DNA of 62,322 nt from an uncultured Ruminococcus sp. (GCA_902785485.1 CACZZA010000004.1:1-62322); one strand, 5' to 3'. Positions 28,732-37,880 are shown, numbered from the stretch's first letter. The notes: generated by a model from the sequence alone, not told the origin. Numbers and translations: made by a program.

Positions 28732-30864
28732 ATGAAAAACAAATTTATCAGAATAACGGCGATCGCCTTTATCCTTATGATGCTGCTCGGAGCAACTCCG
28801 GTATTTGCGGCAAACTCTTACAAGACTTACACTTATTCAAAAGACGCGTTTCCGATGGATTCGCCCGACGCCTATACCCCGGTCCGCATAGTCGACTATA
28901 AGGCGATGGGCATCAGCAAGGCGATAAAGGATCCCGCGGACATCGAGACCGACGAAGACGGCAACGTCTACATCGCGGACGCGGGCAACAACCGAATCCT
29001 CGTGCTCGACAGATATTATAAATATAAAAGAAGTCTTTCGAGCTTCACGAACGGAAACGGCATCCCGGACAGTCTTACCAACCCGAACGGCGTGTTCGTC
29101 AACTCAAAATACATCTACGTTGCGGACACCGACAACAAACGTATCGTCATCTTCAACAGAGAGACCGGCAAGTTCGATCACCTCATCGAAGAGCCTCAGG
29201 CGGACGTCTTCCCGGCTGACTCGGTATACAGACCGATAGCGGTGGCGGCGGACGAAGCGGGCACGATGTACGTCGTCTCGTCCTCGACCTACATGGGCGT
29301 CATCGCTCTCAAGCCCGACGGCAACTTCCAGTCGTTCATCGGCGCTCAGAAGGTCACGATCAGCGCTTGGGACAGGATCTGGAGATTCTTCCAGACCGAT
29401 GAACAGCGCGCGCAGAGCGATCAGTACATCAGTACCGAATTCAACAACATCACGATAGACTCGCGCGGATTTATATACGTCACGACGTCGTCTATCGACC
29501 CCAACAGCCAGCAGGCGGCGGTCACGAGCCGCGGCTCCGATTACTCCCCCGTCAAGAAGCTCAACGTACAGGGCGACGACATCATGAAGCGCACCGGCTT
29601 CTTCGGATTCGGTGAAGTCAACGTGCAGAAGTTCAGCACAGACGCCGCTGTTCCCGTCGGGGCTTCCAAGATCGTCGACGTAGCGCTCGGACCGGAGAAC
29701 ACCTGGTCGATCATCGACGAGAAGCGTTCAAAGATCTACACCTACGACGAATACGGCAACCTGCTGTTCATCTTCGGCGACAAGGGCATCCAGCTCGGCA
29801 ATATCACGACCGCGAAAGCGATCGCCTACCAGGGCGACGATATGCTCGTACTCGACTCGGCAAAGGCGGCGTTCACCGTTTACAGCCGCACCGAATACGG
29901 CGACATCCTGATAGGAGCGCTCAAAAACCAGAACGACCGTAAGTACGACAAGGCGAAGGAAGACTGGGAGAACATCCTCCAGAGAAACAACAACTTCGAC
30001 TCCGCCTACGTCGGCATCGGTAAAGCGCTCTACCGCGAAGGCAAGTGGAGCGAGTCGCTGACCTACTTCAAGGCGGCGTACAACACCGAGGATTACTCCG
30101 CCGCGTTCAAGATGGAACGCAAGGAATGGGTCAGCAAGTACATCTACGTCATCCCGATCGTCATAATCGTCGTTGTTATCGCGGTGGTCAAGTTCTTCTC
30201 TTACGCCGCCAAGGTCAACAAGAAGGTCGCGGTCAGTACCGAAAAGCGCACGCTGTGGCAGGAGATACTGTTCGCGTTCCACCTGATCTTCCATCCGTTC
30301 GACGGTTTCTGGGACCTCAAGCACGAAAAGCGCGGCTCACTGCGCGCGGCGCTTATAATCGACGCGGCGGTGATACTGACGTTCACCTATCAGTCGGCGG
30401 GTACCGCGTACGTGTTCAACCCGTCGCAGACATATCCGAGCATCCTCGCGCAGATCATTTCGGTCGTCGTTCCGCTGATGCTCTGGGTCACCTCGAACTG
30501 GTGCTTCACGACGCTGTTTGAAGGCGAGGGCGGATATAAGGACATCTTCATAGCGACGTCCTACTGCCTCGTCCCGATCATCCTGCTGTTCATCCCCGCG
30601 ACCCTGCTCACCCACGTTCTGACCTCCACAGAGGGCGCCGTGGTGTCGCTGCTCCAGTCGTTCGCGTGGATCTGGGCGGCTCTGCTGCTCTTCGTCGCTA
30701 CGATGGTCACACACGACTACTCGCTCGGCAAGAACCTGCTGACGATCATCGTTACGGTAGCCGGTATGGCGATCATAATGTTCATCATGCTGCTCTTCAC
30801 GCACATGCTGACCAACGTTATCAGCTTCATCACGCAGCTCGTTACCGAGATATCTTACAGATAG
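28732..30864 (+). CDS. secreted NHL-repeat / TPR-like / C-terminal Yip1-domain polytopic membrane fusion protein
   Basis: Signal peptide. NHL-like repeats (GNVYIADAGNNRILVLD, YIYVADTDNKRIVIFN). TPR-like segment (KYDKAKEDWENILQ...GKALYREGKWSESLTYFKAA). Then 5-6 TM helices typical of Yip1 proteins. Confidence 0.7.
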   Translation: MKNKFIRITAIAFILMMLLGATPVFAANSYKTYTYSKDAFPMDSPDAYTPVRIVDYKAMGISKAIKDPADIETDEDGNVYIADAGNNRILVLDRYYKYKRSLSSFTNGNGIPDSLTNPNGVFVNSKYIYVADTDNKRIVIFNRETGKFDHLIEEPQADVFPADSVYRPIAVAADEAGTMYVVSSSTYMGVIALKPDGNFQSFIGAQKVTISAWDRIWRFFQTDEQRAQSDQYISTEFNNITIDSRGFIYVTTSSIDPNSQQAAVTSRGSDYSPVKKLNVQGDDIMKRTGFFGFGEVNVQKFSTDAAVPVGASKIVDVALGPENTWSIIDEKRSKIYTYDEYGNLLFIFGDKGIQLGNITTAKAIAYQGDDMLVLDSAKAAFTVYSRTEYGDILIGALKNQNDRKYDKAKEDWENILQRNNNFDSAYVGIGKALYREGKWSESLTYFKAAYNTEDYSAAFKMERKEWVSKYIYVIPIVIIVVVIAVVKFFSYAAKVNKKVAVSTEKRTLWQEILFAFHLIFHPFDGFWDLKHEKRGSLRAALIIDAAVILTFTYQSAGTAYVFNPSQTYPSILAQIISVVVPLMLWVTSNWCFTTLFEGEGGYKDIFIATSYCLVPIILLFIPATLLTHVLTSTEGAVVSLLQSFAWIWAALLLFVATMVTHDYSLGKNLLTIIVTVAGMAIIMFIMLLFTHMLTNVISFITQLVTEISYR

Positions 30865-30880
30865 AAAGGAGAGATTTGAT

Positions 30881-33874
30881 ATGAAAAGAATTTTTTCCGC
30901 GATCCTTGCGCTCATCCTGACGCTCGGACTTTTTGCAAATCTCTCTCTCGGCGCCTCCGCCACTACGACGGCGAGCGACTTTGACTATCTGACGTCCTCC
31001 TTCCGCAACGCGGACGCGAAGATCGCCACGATGGAAAAGTACATAGAAAACGACAAATACGAATTCTACGTAGAGAATACCTCCGGCGAGTTTGCGGTCA
31101 AAAACAAACTCACGGGACAAACGTTCTTATCCAACCCCTACGACGTCGCCAAATCCGGCGCGAGCGACGAGATGAAGCAGGAGCTTCTTTCTCAGGTCCT
31201 CATCAAATACACCGATTCCGGCGTGGATAAGGCGTACAACAGCTTCAAAGACTGTGTCAAACTCAATCAGATAAAGGTCAAACACCTGAAGAACGGCGTT
31301 CGCGTCGAGTATACGATAGGCAACGAGGAAACGAGAAAGCTCGTCCCGATGCAGATCTCGCAGGAGCGTTTCGAGTCCGTTATTTACCAATACGTCGAAG
31401 AGGGAAGCACCTTTGCGGCGGACCGACTCAAAGTTCTGTACGACCTTAAAGACATCAACGACCCGACCCTCACGGTCAAGGGCAAGCAGGAGCTTGTAAA
31501 CAAGTATCCGATAGTCGAACAGTTCCCGATCTACGTCTTCGCGACCGACGCGAAGGATCAGGAGATCATCCGCGCGGAGACCTGGATCAAGACCTACTGT
31601 CCGCAGTACTCCTTCGAGGACCTCGAATACGACTACGAGATCGTCGGCTACGAGGCTCAGAACAAAGCTCCCGCGGTATTCAAGCTCGCTCTTGAATACA
31701 CCCTCGACGAGAACGGATTTTCGATGAGATTCGGCGCGAACGGTCTCCGTTTCGACGAATCGAACTTCACCCTCAAAGAGATCGCGGTCCTGCCGTACGC
31801 GGGCGCCGGCACCTCGTCCAACTCCGGCTACCTCTTCGTTCCGGACGGCTCCGGTACGATAATGAGATTTGAAGACATCACGTCTTCGGTCGTCGTCAGC
31901 GGCAAGATGTACGGTCAGGATTACGCGTATCACAAGATCACCGGTACGACCGAAAAACAGGTGACGATGCCCGTTTACGGTCTTGCTCAGGCGATCAACG
32001 AGACCACGATGGATCCCGAGACCGGAAACGTCGTGTCTAAACCGGTATGGGGCGGCTACTTCGCGATAATCGAGGAAGGCGACACGCTCGTCAACGTGCG
32101 CGCGGAGACCGGCGGCACCGTACACCCGTACAACACCATTTACACGGTATTCAATCCGAGACCGAGCGACACTTACAGCATCAACGACGCCGTTTCATCC
32201 GGCACCGCGGAGTGGACGGTCGTTTCGGACAGAAAATACACCGGCAATTTCAAGCTGAAATACTATCTGCTCGAAGACAGTGAAAAAGCGGCGAACGGCG
32301 GAAGCGAAAAGACCTACGAAGCGTCTTACGTCGGAATGGCGAAAGCCTACCGCGACTACCTCACCGAAAAAGGCGTCCTCACTCCCCTCGCGAACGTAAA
32401 GGACGACGTTCCGCTCTACCTCGAGTCCTTCGGCACGGTAGACACTCAGGAAAAGGTCCTGTCCTTCCCGGTCACCGAGGAAACCCCGCTTACGACCTTT
32501 GAAGATCTGAAAACGATGACGGGCGAGCTTCGCGAAGGCGGCGTACGCAACATCAACCTCAGACTCACGGGATTCGTGAACGGCGGACTTTACTCCCTGC
32601 CTCCCACCAAAGCCGATTTCCAGAGCGAGGTCGGCGGCGACTCGGGCTTCAAGGAATTCACTCAGTACGCCAAGGACAACAATATCGGCGTTTACACCGA
32701 TTTCGATTTCGTGTTCCTGCACAACACCGGATGGTTCGACGGATTCAGCTATTCAAATAACGCCGTCAAGACCATCGACGGACGTTACACGCAGAGACAG
32801 CAGTATTATTCCGACATCCAGTCGCTCGGCGCGAACGGCGAAGTCGTAATGTCGGTATCTTCTCTCAAAGATTTTTACCTGAAGGTCAAAGAAGACCTTG
32901 AAGAACTCGGAGCCACCGGCATCTCGGCGGCAACGCTCGGCAAGTACCTCAACTCCGACTTCAATACCGACGCCCCGTACAACCGCGAAGACGCGAGATA
33001 CGAGACGGCGAAGGTACTCGGACTTATGAAACAGGACTTCGGCGGAGTCATGACGGACGCGGGCAACGCGTACACCTGGCAGTACGCCGACCACATCCTG
33101 AACGTAGCGCTCGATTCGAGCCGCTTCATCAACACGAGCCAGGCGATCCCGTTCGTGGGAATGGTCCTCCACGGCTCGGTAGAATTCGCGGGCGAGCCGC
33201 TCAACACCGCGGGCGACATCGACTACGAGATCCTCAAGATGATCGAAAACGGCGCGTCGCCGTACTTCAAGCTCTCCTACCGCAACGCGGAGAAGCTGAA
33301 GGAGGATATGGCGCTCTCGCAGTATTACTCGGTAAGATACGACATCTGGAAGGAAGACCTTATCAAGTATTACAATGAGATCAACGAAGCGCTGAAGGAC
33401 GTACAGACCGCCACGATCGAAAACCACGAATTCGTCGAAGCGTCGCGTATCCCCGGCGAACTGGAAAAGAAAGAAGACGAGGAAGCGCTCGCCGAAGCGA
33501 CCGAAAAGAACGAGACCGAGAAGCGCCGCACCGAAGAAAAGGAACGCCGCGCGGCTCTGCTCGAAGAAAAACTCGCCGCAAGGGAACTCCTGAACAATCC
33601 TCCGGAAACGAACGCGGACGGAGAGGAGACCACCCAAGCGACCGAGACCACTCAAACGACTGAAACCACAGAAACGGCAGAAGAACCCACCGAGGAAACT
33701 CCCGCCGAGGAGGAAGAGCTGATCGACCTCACCACAAAGTATCTCACCCAGACCGGAACGGTCGTCAAGGTGACCTACTCGAACGGTAAGACCTTCATCC
33801 TCAACTACAACAACTTCGACATAACTTGCGACGGAGTTGAAGTTCCCTCACTCGGGTTCAAGGTCGTAAAGTAA
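30881..33874 (+). CDS. large secreted protein (997 aa), DUF5696-like, with an acidic low-complexity region near the C-terminus
   Basis: Signal peptide MKRIFSAILALILTLGLFANLSLGASA. Long globular body. Glu/Lys- then Thr/Glu-rich stretch (...EETTQATETTQTTETTETAEEPTEETPAEEEE...). The DUF5696 assignment is from memory of similar loci and was not verified. Confidence 0.6.
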   Translation: MKRIFSAILALILTLGLFANLSLGASATTTASDFDYLTSSFRNADAKIATMEKYIENDKYEFYVENTSGEFAVKNKLTGQTFLSNPYDVAKSGASDEMKQELLSQVLIKYTDSGVDKAYNSFKDCVKLNQIKVKHLKNGVRVEYTIGNEETRKLVPMQISQERFESVIYQYVEEGSTFAADRLKVLYDLKDINDPTLTVKGKQELVNKYPIVEQFPIYVFATDAKDQEIIRAETWIKTYCPQYSFEDLEYDYEIVGYEAQNKAPAVFKLALEYTLDENGFSMRFGANGLRFDESNFTLKEIAVLPYAGAGTSSNSGYLFVPDGSGTIMRFEDITSSVVVSGKMYGQDYAYHKITGTTEKQVTMPVYGLAQAINETTMDPETGNVVSKPVWGGYFAIIEEGDTLVNVRAETGGTVHPYNTIYTVFNPRPSDTYSINDAVSSGTAEWTVVSDRKYTGNFKLKYYLLEDSEKAANGGSEKTYEASYVGMAKAYRDYLTEKGVLTPLANVKDDVPLYLESFGTVDTQEKVLSFPVTEETPLTTFEDLKTMTGELREGGVRNINLRLTGFVNGGLYSLPPTKADFQSEVGGDSGFKEFTQYAKDNNIGVYTDFDFVFLHNTGWFDGFSYSNNAVKTIDGRYTQRQQYYSDIQSLGANGEVVMSVSSLKDFYLKVKEDLEELGATGISAATLGKYLNSDFNTDAPYNREDARYETAKVLGLMKQDFGGVMTDAGNAYTWQYADHILNVALDSSRFINTSQAIPFVGMVLHGSVEFAGEPLNTAGDIDYEILKMIENGASPYFKLSYRNAEKLKEDMALSQYYSVRYDIWKEDLIKYYNEINEALKDVQTATIENHEFVEASRIPGELEKKEDEEALAEATEKNETEKRRTEEKERRAALLEEKLAARELLNNPPETNADGEETTQATETTQTTETTETAEEPTEETPAEEEELIDLTTKYLTQTGTVVKVTYSNGKTFILNYNNFDITCDGVEVPSLGFKVVK

Positions 33875-33886
33875 GGAGGGCGTGAA

Positions 33887-34858
33887 ATGAATAGACAGGC
33901 GCAACTCAGCCCTAACCTTTCAAAGAGAAGAGGCGGAGCCTCCCTCGACAAAAGAAAAGCGCGCGCGGGATGGTGGTTCATCATGCCTTTCCTGCTCGTG
34001 TTCCTGCTGGTCTATCTCCCCATCGTCATCGACTCGATCTGGGTCAGCCTTTGCGAACTCAAGATTCTGCAGGGCGGCGGCTTCAAGACCAACTTTGTGG
34101 GACTCCAGAATTACAGGGATGCGCTTTTCAGCGACGCCAACTTCGTCAAGACGTTGACGACGGGCTTGAAACAGCTCGTGCTTGACATCCCCGCCATTGT
34201 AATATTCTCGCTGTTCATGGCGGTACTCCTCAATCAGAAGATGATGGGGCGCGCCGTGTTCCGCGCGATATTCTTCATCCCGGTCATAATCAGCACCGGT
34301 ATCGTCGCGTACGTTGACCAGTCGAACGCGATGCTCAGCCACATGGTCGACAGCAGCTCGGGTATCGACACCGGTACCGGAGCGGAGTCGGCGTCGGAGG
34401 CGATGGCAAACGCCGCAAGCCTCGACTGGCTGTTCGGAAATATGAAGATCGGTTCCGAACTGACCGAGTACGTTATGGGTATCATCAGGGACGTTTACAG
34501 CATCATCAGCCGTTCCGGCGTTCAGATGCTTATATTCCTCGCGGGTCTGCAGTCCATCTCTCCCGCCATCTACGAGTCCTGCTCGATAGACGGCGCGGCG
34601 GCGTGGGAGACCTTCTGGAAGATCACCTTCCCGATGATCAGCCCGATGATACTCGTCAACACGGTCTACACGGTCATTGACAGCTTTACGTCATCCACAA
34701 ACTCGGTAATGAGGTATATAGACACGATCTATGAAAAAGTCGGCGGCAACGTCACTTCATCGGCGATGAGCTGGCTGTACTTCCTTATCGTACTTGCATT
34801 GATAGGAATTGTCGGAGGCATAGTTTCTTCCTTCATCTTCTATCAACGCAGAGATTGA
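33887..34858 (+). CDS. ABC transporter permease (second pair, MalF type)
   Basis: Polytopic membrane protein. ESCSIDGAAAWETFWKITFPMISP EAA-loop motif. Confidence 0.85.
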   Translation: MNRQAQLSPNLSKRRGGASLDKRKARAGWWFIMPFLLVFLLVYLPIVIDSIWVSLCELKILQGGGFKTNFVGLQNYRDALFSDANFVKTLTTGLKQLVLDIPAIVIFSLFMAVLLNQKMMGRAVFRAIFFIPVIISTGIVAYVDQSNAMLSHMVDSSSGIDTGTGAESASEAMANAASLDWLFGNMKIGSELTEYVMGIIRDVYSIISRSGVQMLIFLAGLQSISPAIYESCSIDGAAAWETFWKITFPMISPMILVNTVYTVIDSFTSSTNSVMRYIDTIYEKVGGNVTSSAMSWLYFLIVLALIGIVGGIVSSFIFYQRRD

Positions 34859-34874
34859 GAAGGGAGGCTCGGAT

Positions 34875-35957
34875 ATGAACAATCAGGCAACCAATCCCAA
34901 TGCTCCCAAGATCACAAAAGAGACCAAGAACAAGATCAGAGTCGAATTTGAACGCACGGACGCGTGGACGCGCTTCAAGCTCAAATATCTGACGACGAAG
35001 TTCTTAAAGCAGGTACTGTGGGTAATATTCCGTCTGGTACTGCTCGTAGGTATCTCGTTCGTGATACTCTCGCCTCTGCTCTCGAAGATCTTCAGCTCGT
35101 TCATGGGCAAGGAAGACTTCGTCGACGTAACGGTCAAGTACATAGCGAAATATCCCACCCTCGAGATGTACAGGGCGCTCATCACCGAGAACCACTACGC
35201 CCAGGCGGTACTGAATACGGCGCTTCTGTCCGTCTTCTGCGCTCTGGTGCAGACGTTCATCTGTACGCTCGTCGGTTACGGATTTGCTAAGTTCAAATTC
35301 AAATTCAACAAGCTGCTCTTCTTCCTCGTCATCTTCACGATGGTCATTCCGCAGAGAACTCTCAAGCTCTCGATGTTCCTCAACTTCAAGAACTTCGACT
35401 TCTTCGCGCTCATAACCGCTTTCCTGAAGATGTTCGGTTACGAAGGCAACCTTACGCAGAGCATCTTCGGCATAAACGCGAACACGCTCAACCTGCTCAA
35501 TACGTTCTGGCCCGTCGCGATCCTTTCGCTCGGCGGTCTGGCGTTTAAGAACGGTCTGTACATCTTTATGATGCGTCAGTACTTCAAGGGCGTCCCGGAT
35601 GAGCTGGAAGAGTCCGCCTACCTCGACGGCTCGGGCGTGTTCAGAACGTTCATGACCATCATCATCCCGCTCTCCGTGCCGATGATGATAACGATCTTCC
35701 TCTTCGCGTTCTCGTGGCAGTGGACGGATATGTTCTATACGGAACTGTTCTTCACGAAGTCCTCGATAACGATGATGCCGGATATCGTCAAGGTCATACC
35801 GAAGTCTCTCATCGATCCCTACCCCGGACAGAGTATGCGTGAAGCGGCGATCAAAAACACCGGTACGCTGCTGATAATCGCGCCTCTGGTCGTGATCTAC
35901 CTCTTCTGTCAGAGATATTTGATAGCAGGAATAGAGCGCTCCGGTATCGTGGGTTAA
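34875..35957 (+). CDS. ABC transporter permease (second pair, MalG type, extended)
   Basis: ESAYLDGSGVFRTFMTIIIPLSVP EAA-loop motif. 360 aa. Confidence 0.85.
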   Translation: MNNQATNPNAPKITKETKNKIRVEFERTDAWTRFKLKYLTTKFLKQVLWVIFRLVLLVGISFVILSPLLSKIFSSFMGKEDFVDVTVKYIAKYPTLEMYRALITENHYAQAVLNTALLSVFCALVQTFICTLVGYGFAKFKFKFNKLLFFLVIFTMVIPQRTLKLSMFLNFKNFDFFALITAFLKMFGYEGNLTQSIFGINANTLNLLNTFWPVAILSLGGLAFKNGLYIFMMRQYFKGVPDELEESAYLDGSGVFRTFMTIIIPLSVPMMITIFLFAFSWQWTDMFYTELFFTKSSITMMPDIVKVIPKSLIDPYPGQSMREAAIKNTGTLLIIAPLVVIYLFCQRYLIAGIERSGIVG

Positions 35958-35965
35958 TAAGCGAG

Positions 35966-36000
35966 AAAAATGGCTGTGTGGTGACACACAGCCATTTTTG
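35966..36000 (+). terminator. intrinsic terminator of the ABC locus
   Basis: AAAAATGGCTGTGTG-GTGA-CACACAGCCATTTTT perfect hairpin with a T-run. Confidence 0.85.
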
Positions 36001-36012
36001 GGTTTGGCGCTT

Positions 36013-36200
36013 GGTCTCGCGGCGATGACCACTGGAGAGAGGAAGAACAAAGTTCAGTTGCAATTTGCGCTTCGTCCGACTGCAAACGCTCGACGTACAC
36101 AAAGTACGCCTTCGGTTTGCACTCGAACGATCCTCATCCACGATACCGAAGCGCGTGGCGATCCTTCGCGGGTCGGGTTACCCGCCGTTGGTGAACGAAA
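36013..36200. repeat. R1-family structured intergenic repeat, copy A (candidate ncRNA or structured DNA element)
   Basis: Shares conserved blocks with 62036-62230: GGTCTCGCGGCGATGACC; GTTCAGTNGCAATTTGCGCTTCGTCCG; CTCGACGTACA-AAAGTACGCCTTCGG; CGAACGATCCTCATCCACGATACC; GGCGATCC. Two helices differ in sequence between the copies but stay complementary. Confidence 0.8.
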
Positions 36201-36314
36201 GTTTTCTTACAAAAACAAGGCGTATACTTTTATGCCGTGTTATTGCTGCAAAGGAGTGAAACAATTATTAGCGTGTATTTGAAACCTATGCGAGAGATAT
36301 TTAACTCACGATGA

Positions 36315-37070
36315 TTATTTCAGAACCGTATCCTTATACGGATTTTGTGCAAAGCCAAAATCAGTCATATTTAGCGGGATATTTTTATACTTGAAAAAGG
36401 CGTCAAAGAATATGGTCAGTTGCTGAGCAAAGTTACAAGCGTCTTTACAATGCTCATCCAAGAAAAAACTTATACTCTTTCCAGTGTCGGAATAATTAGA
36501 GTAACTGAAAGAAGATGTTGAATACAGGTTTTTTGTGTTAAAGGTTCCATATACCTTATGAGTGGCCGGAGCAAGGTAATTAGTATAAATGTAAACGTAT
36601 GAATAGTTATTAAGTATTACTCCGTCTTCTACTGAAAATCCGAAACTTTTTGTTGCTCCATCGACGGTGTGAATGACAAGAAAGGCGATCGTTCCGCTTG
36701 TCGAAGTGAAAGTTGGACAGATACTCCACTCTCCGTTTTTTACAGAATCCTTATAACTATACAAAAATTCATCGGGAGGCAGATGACAGCTTTCTATAAA
36801 ATCCTTAACATTATATGTTGCCGAATATACGCCGCTTTCATAATAATCTGCGTTTTTTCTGATTTCTTCAGCAAATGCGATCAGTTTTGCAGGAATGGGT
36901 TGAGTTTCGGTTTCACCGCAGGAGCATTTTCTTATTGAGCTTCCCCCTTCCGTAAGCGTGGGTTCTTTTTGAGTTTTCCATTCGGAAAAACTGTGTACGT
37001 GTTCCGATCCGCAAGCTGAAAAAGAAAGCAGCAAGCTTAATAGAATAATAATTGAGACAAAACGTTTCAT
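36315..37070 (-). CDS. hypothetical lipoprotein (AT-rich islet)
   Basis: MKRFVSIIILLSLLLSFSAC lipoprotein signal. Codon usage is much more AT-rich than in the flanking genes. Confidence 0.65.
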   Translation of the reverse strand: MKRFVSIIILLSLLLSFSACGSEHVHSFSEWKTQKEPTLTEGGSSIRKCSCGETETQPIPAKLIAFAEEIRKNADYYESGVYSATYNVKDFIESCHLPPDEFLYSYKDSVKNGEWSICPTFTSTSGTIAFLVIHTVDGATKSFGFSVEDGVILNNYSYVYIYTNYLAPATHKVYGTFNTKNLYSTSSFSYSNYSDTGKSISFFLDEHCKDACNFAQQLTIFFDAFFKYKNIPLNMTDFGFAQNPYKDTVLK

Positions 37071-37120
37071 TGGATATTTCTCCTTTTTGTTTTTGTGCTT
37101 CTTGAAAGAACCAATAGTTG

Positions 37121-37447
37121 TTATTGAGTAGTAACAAAACTGCTTGTCAAAGAAACGGCGGCTGATACAAGCGGAACAACGATTTGATTTATTTTGTTGT
37201 AAAAGTCGCCTCTACTCCATTCTTCGAACTTGACAACATCTATTATGATGTATTCGTCTGTCGGCTTATCTTTTTTAACGTCATCGCCGACGATACCGCA
37301 GCTCATAAGAGCTGAAATAAGACAAATGTATCTGTTTTTGTCGATCTTATAGTTCGTCCAATCGGTTTTACATCTGTTATTGATGTTTTTAATTATAGCA
37401 CGAATATTGTTGGTATCGGTGTTCTTTCTCGGAATACAAGGTTTCAT
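37121..37447 (-). CDS. hypothetical small protein with C-terminal TM helix (AT-rich islet)
   Basis: ORF 37121..37621, trimmed to the ATG at 37447, which follows GGGAGGG. No family recognised. Confidence 0.45.
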   Translation of the reverse strand: MKPCIPRKNTDTNNIRAIIKNINNRCKTDWTNYKIDKNRYICLISALMSCGIVGDDVKKDKPTDEYIIIDVVKFEEWSRGDFYNKINQIVVPLVSAAVSLTSSFVTTQ

Positions 37448-37783
37448 TAACATCCCTCCCTTCCCGAAAAATAAAAAAGTGCGCCAACCGAAGTCAACGC
37501 ACCGAAAAACGCAAACCCCGATTGTCGCCAAACAAATTTCAAGCAATAGACGTGGGATGTCCACACTAAAACCAGCGGAATTTGCGTTTTTACCGTATTC
37601 AACTGATTTCAGCGTGCGCAAAAAAGGGCAAAAATATCCCTTAAAGACAAAAATACCCCACTCTACGCTCTATGAAATTTGTTTGGCATAGTTAGAATAA
37701 CATATTTTATTGTTTTTGTCAACTGAACATAGAATAAAGATTTTTTTTATTGTTTTTTTAATCGTAAAACGGAAGAAAAAATA

Positions 37784-37813
37784 TTGACACGGGGGTTATT
37801 GTTGTGTTATAAT
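37784..37813 (+). promoter_or_regulatory. promoter of the pyr operon
   Basis: TTGACA, 18 nt spacer, TATAAT, with a TG at the extended -10 position. Confidence 0.65.
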
Positions 37814-37820
37814 CATAAAA

Positions 37821-37880
37821 ATAGATCGAGAGAGCTTTTGCCGACATTCTGACCTTGTTTGAAACAAGGTCGGTTTTTTG
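37821..37880 (+). promoter_or_regulatory. PyrR-type transcription attenuator (binding-loop-like motif plus terminator)
   Basis: GAUCGAGAGAGCUU resembles the PyrR binding-loop consensus ARUCCAGAGAGGCU. It is followed by the GACCTTGTTT-G-AAACAAGGTC hairpin (37851-37871) and a T6 run, 38 nt before the pyrC ATG. Confidence 0.6.

Noticed and set aside
35998-36282. ORFs inside the R1 and R2 repeats (35998-36282, 36065-36259, 62073-62282, 62080-62268, 19256-19678, 19338-20138, 46916-47140).
   Set aside because: They have no RBS, and the reading frames are not conserved between repeat copies. The substitutions between copies preserve base pairing rather than amino acids.
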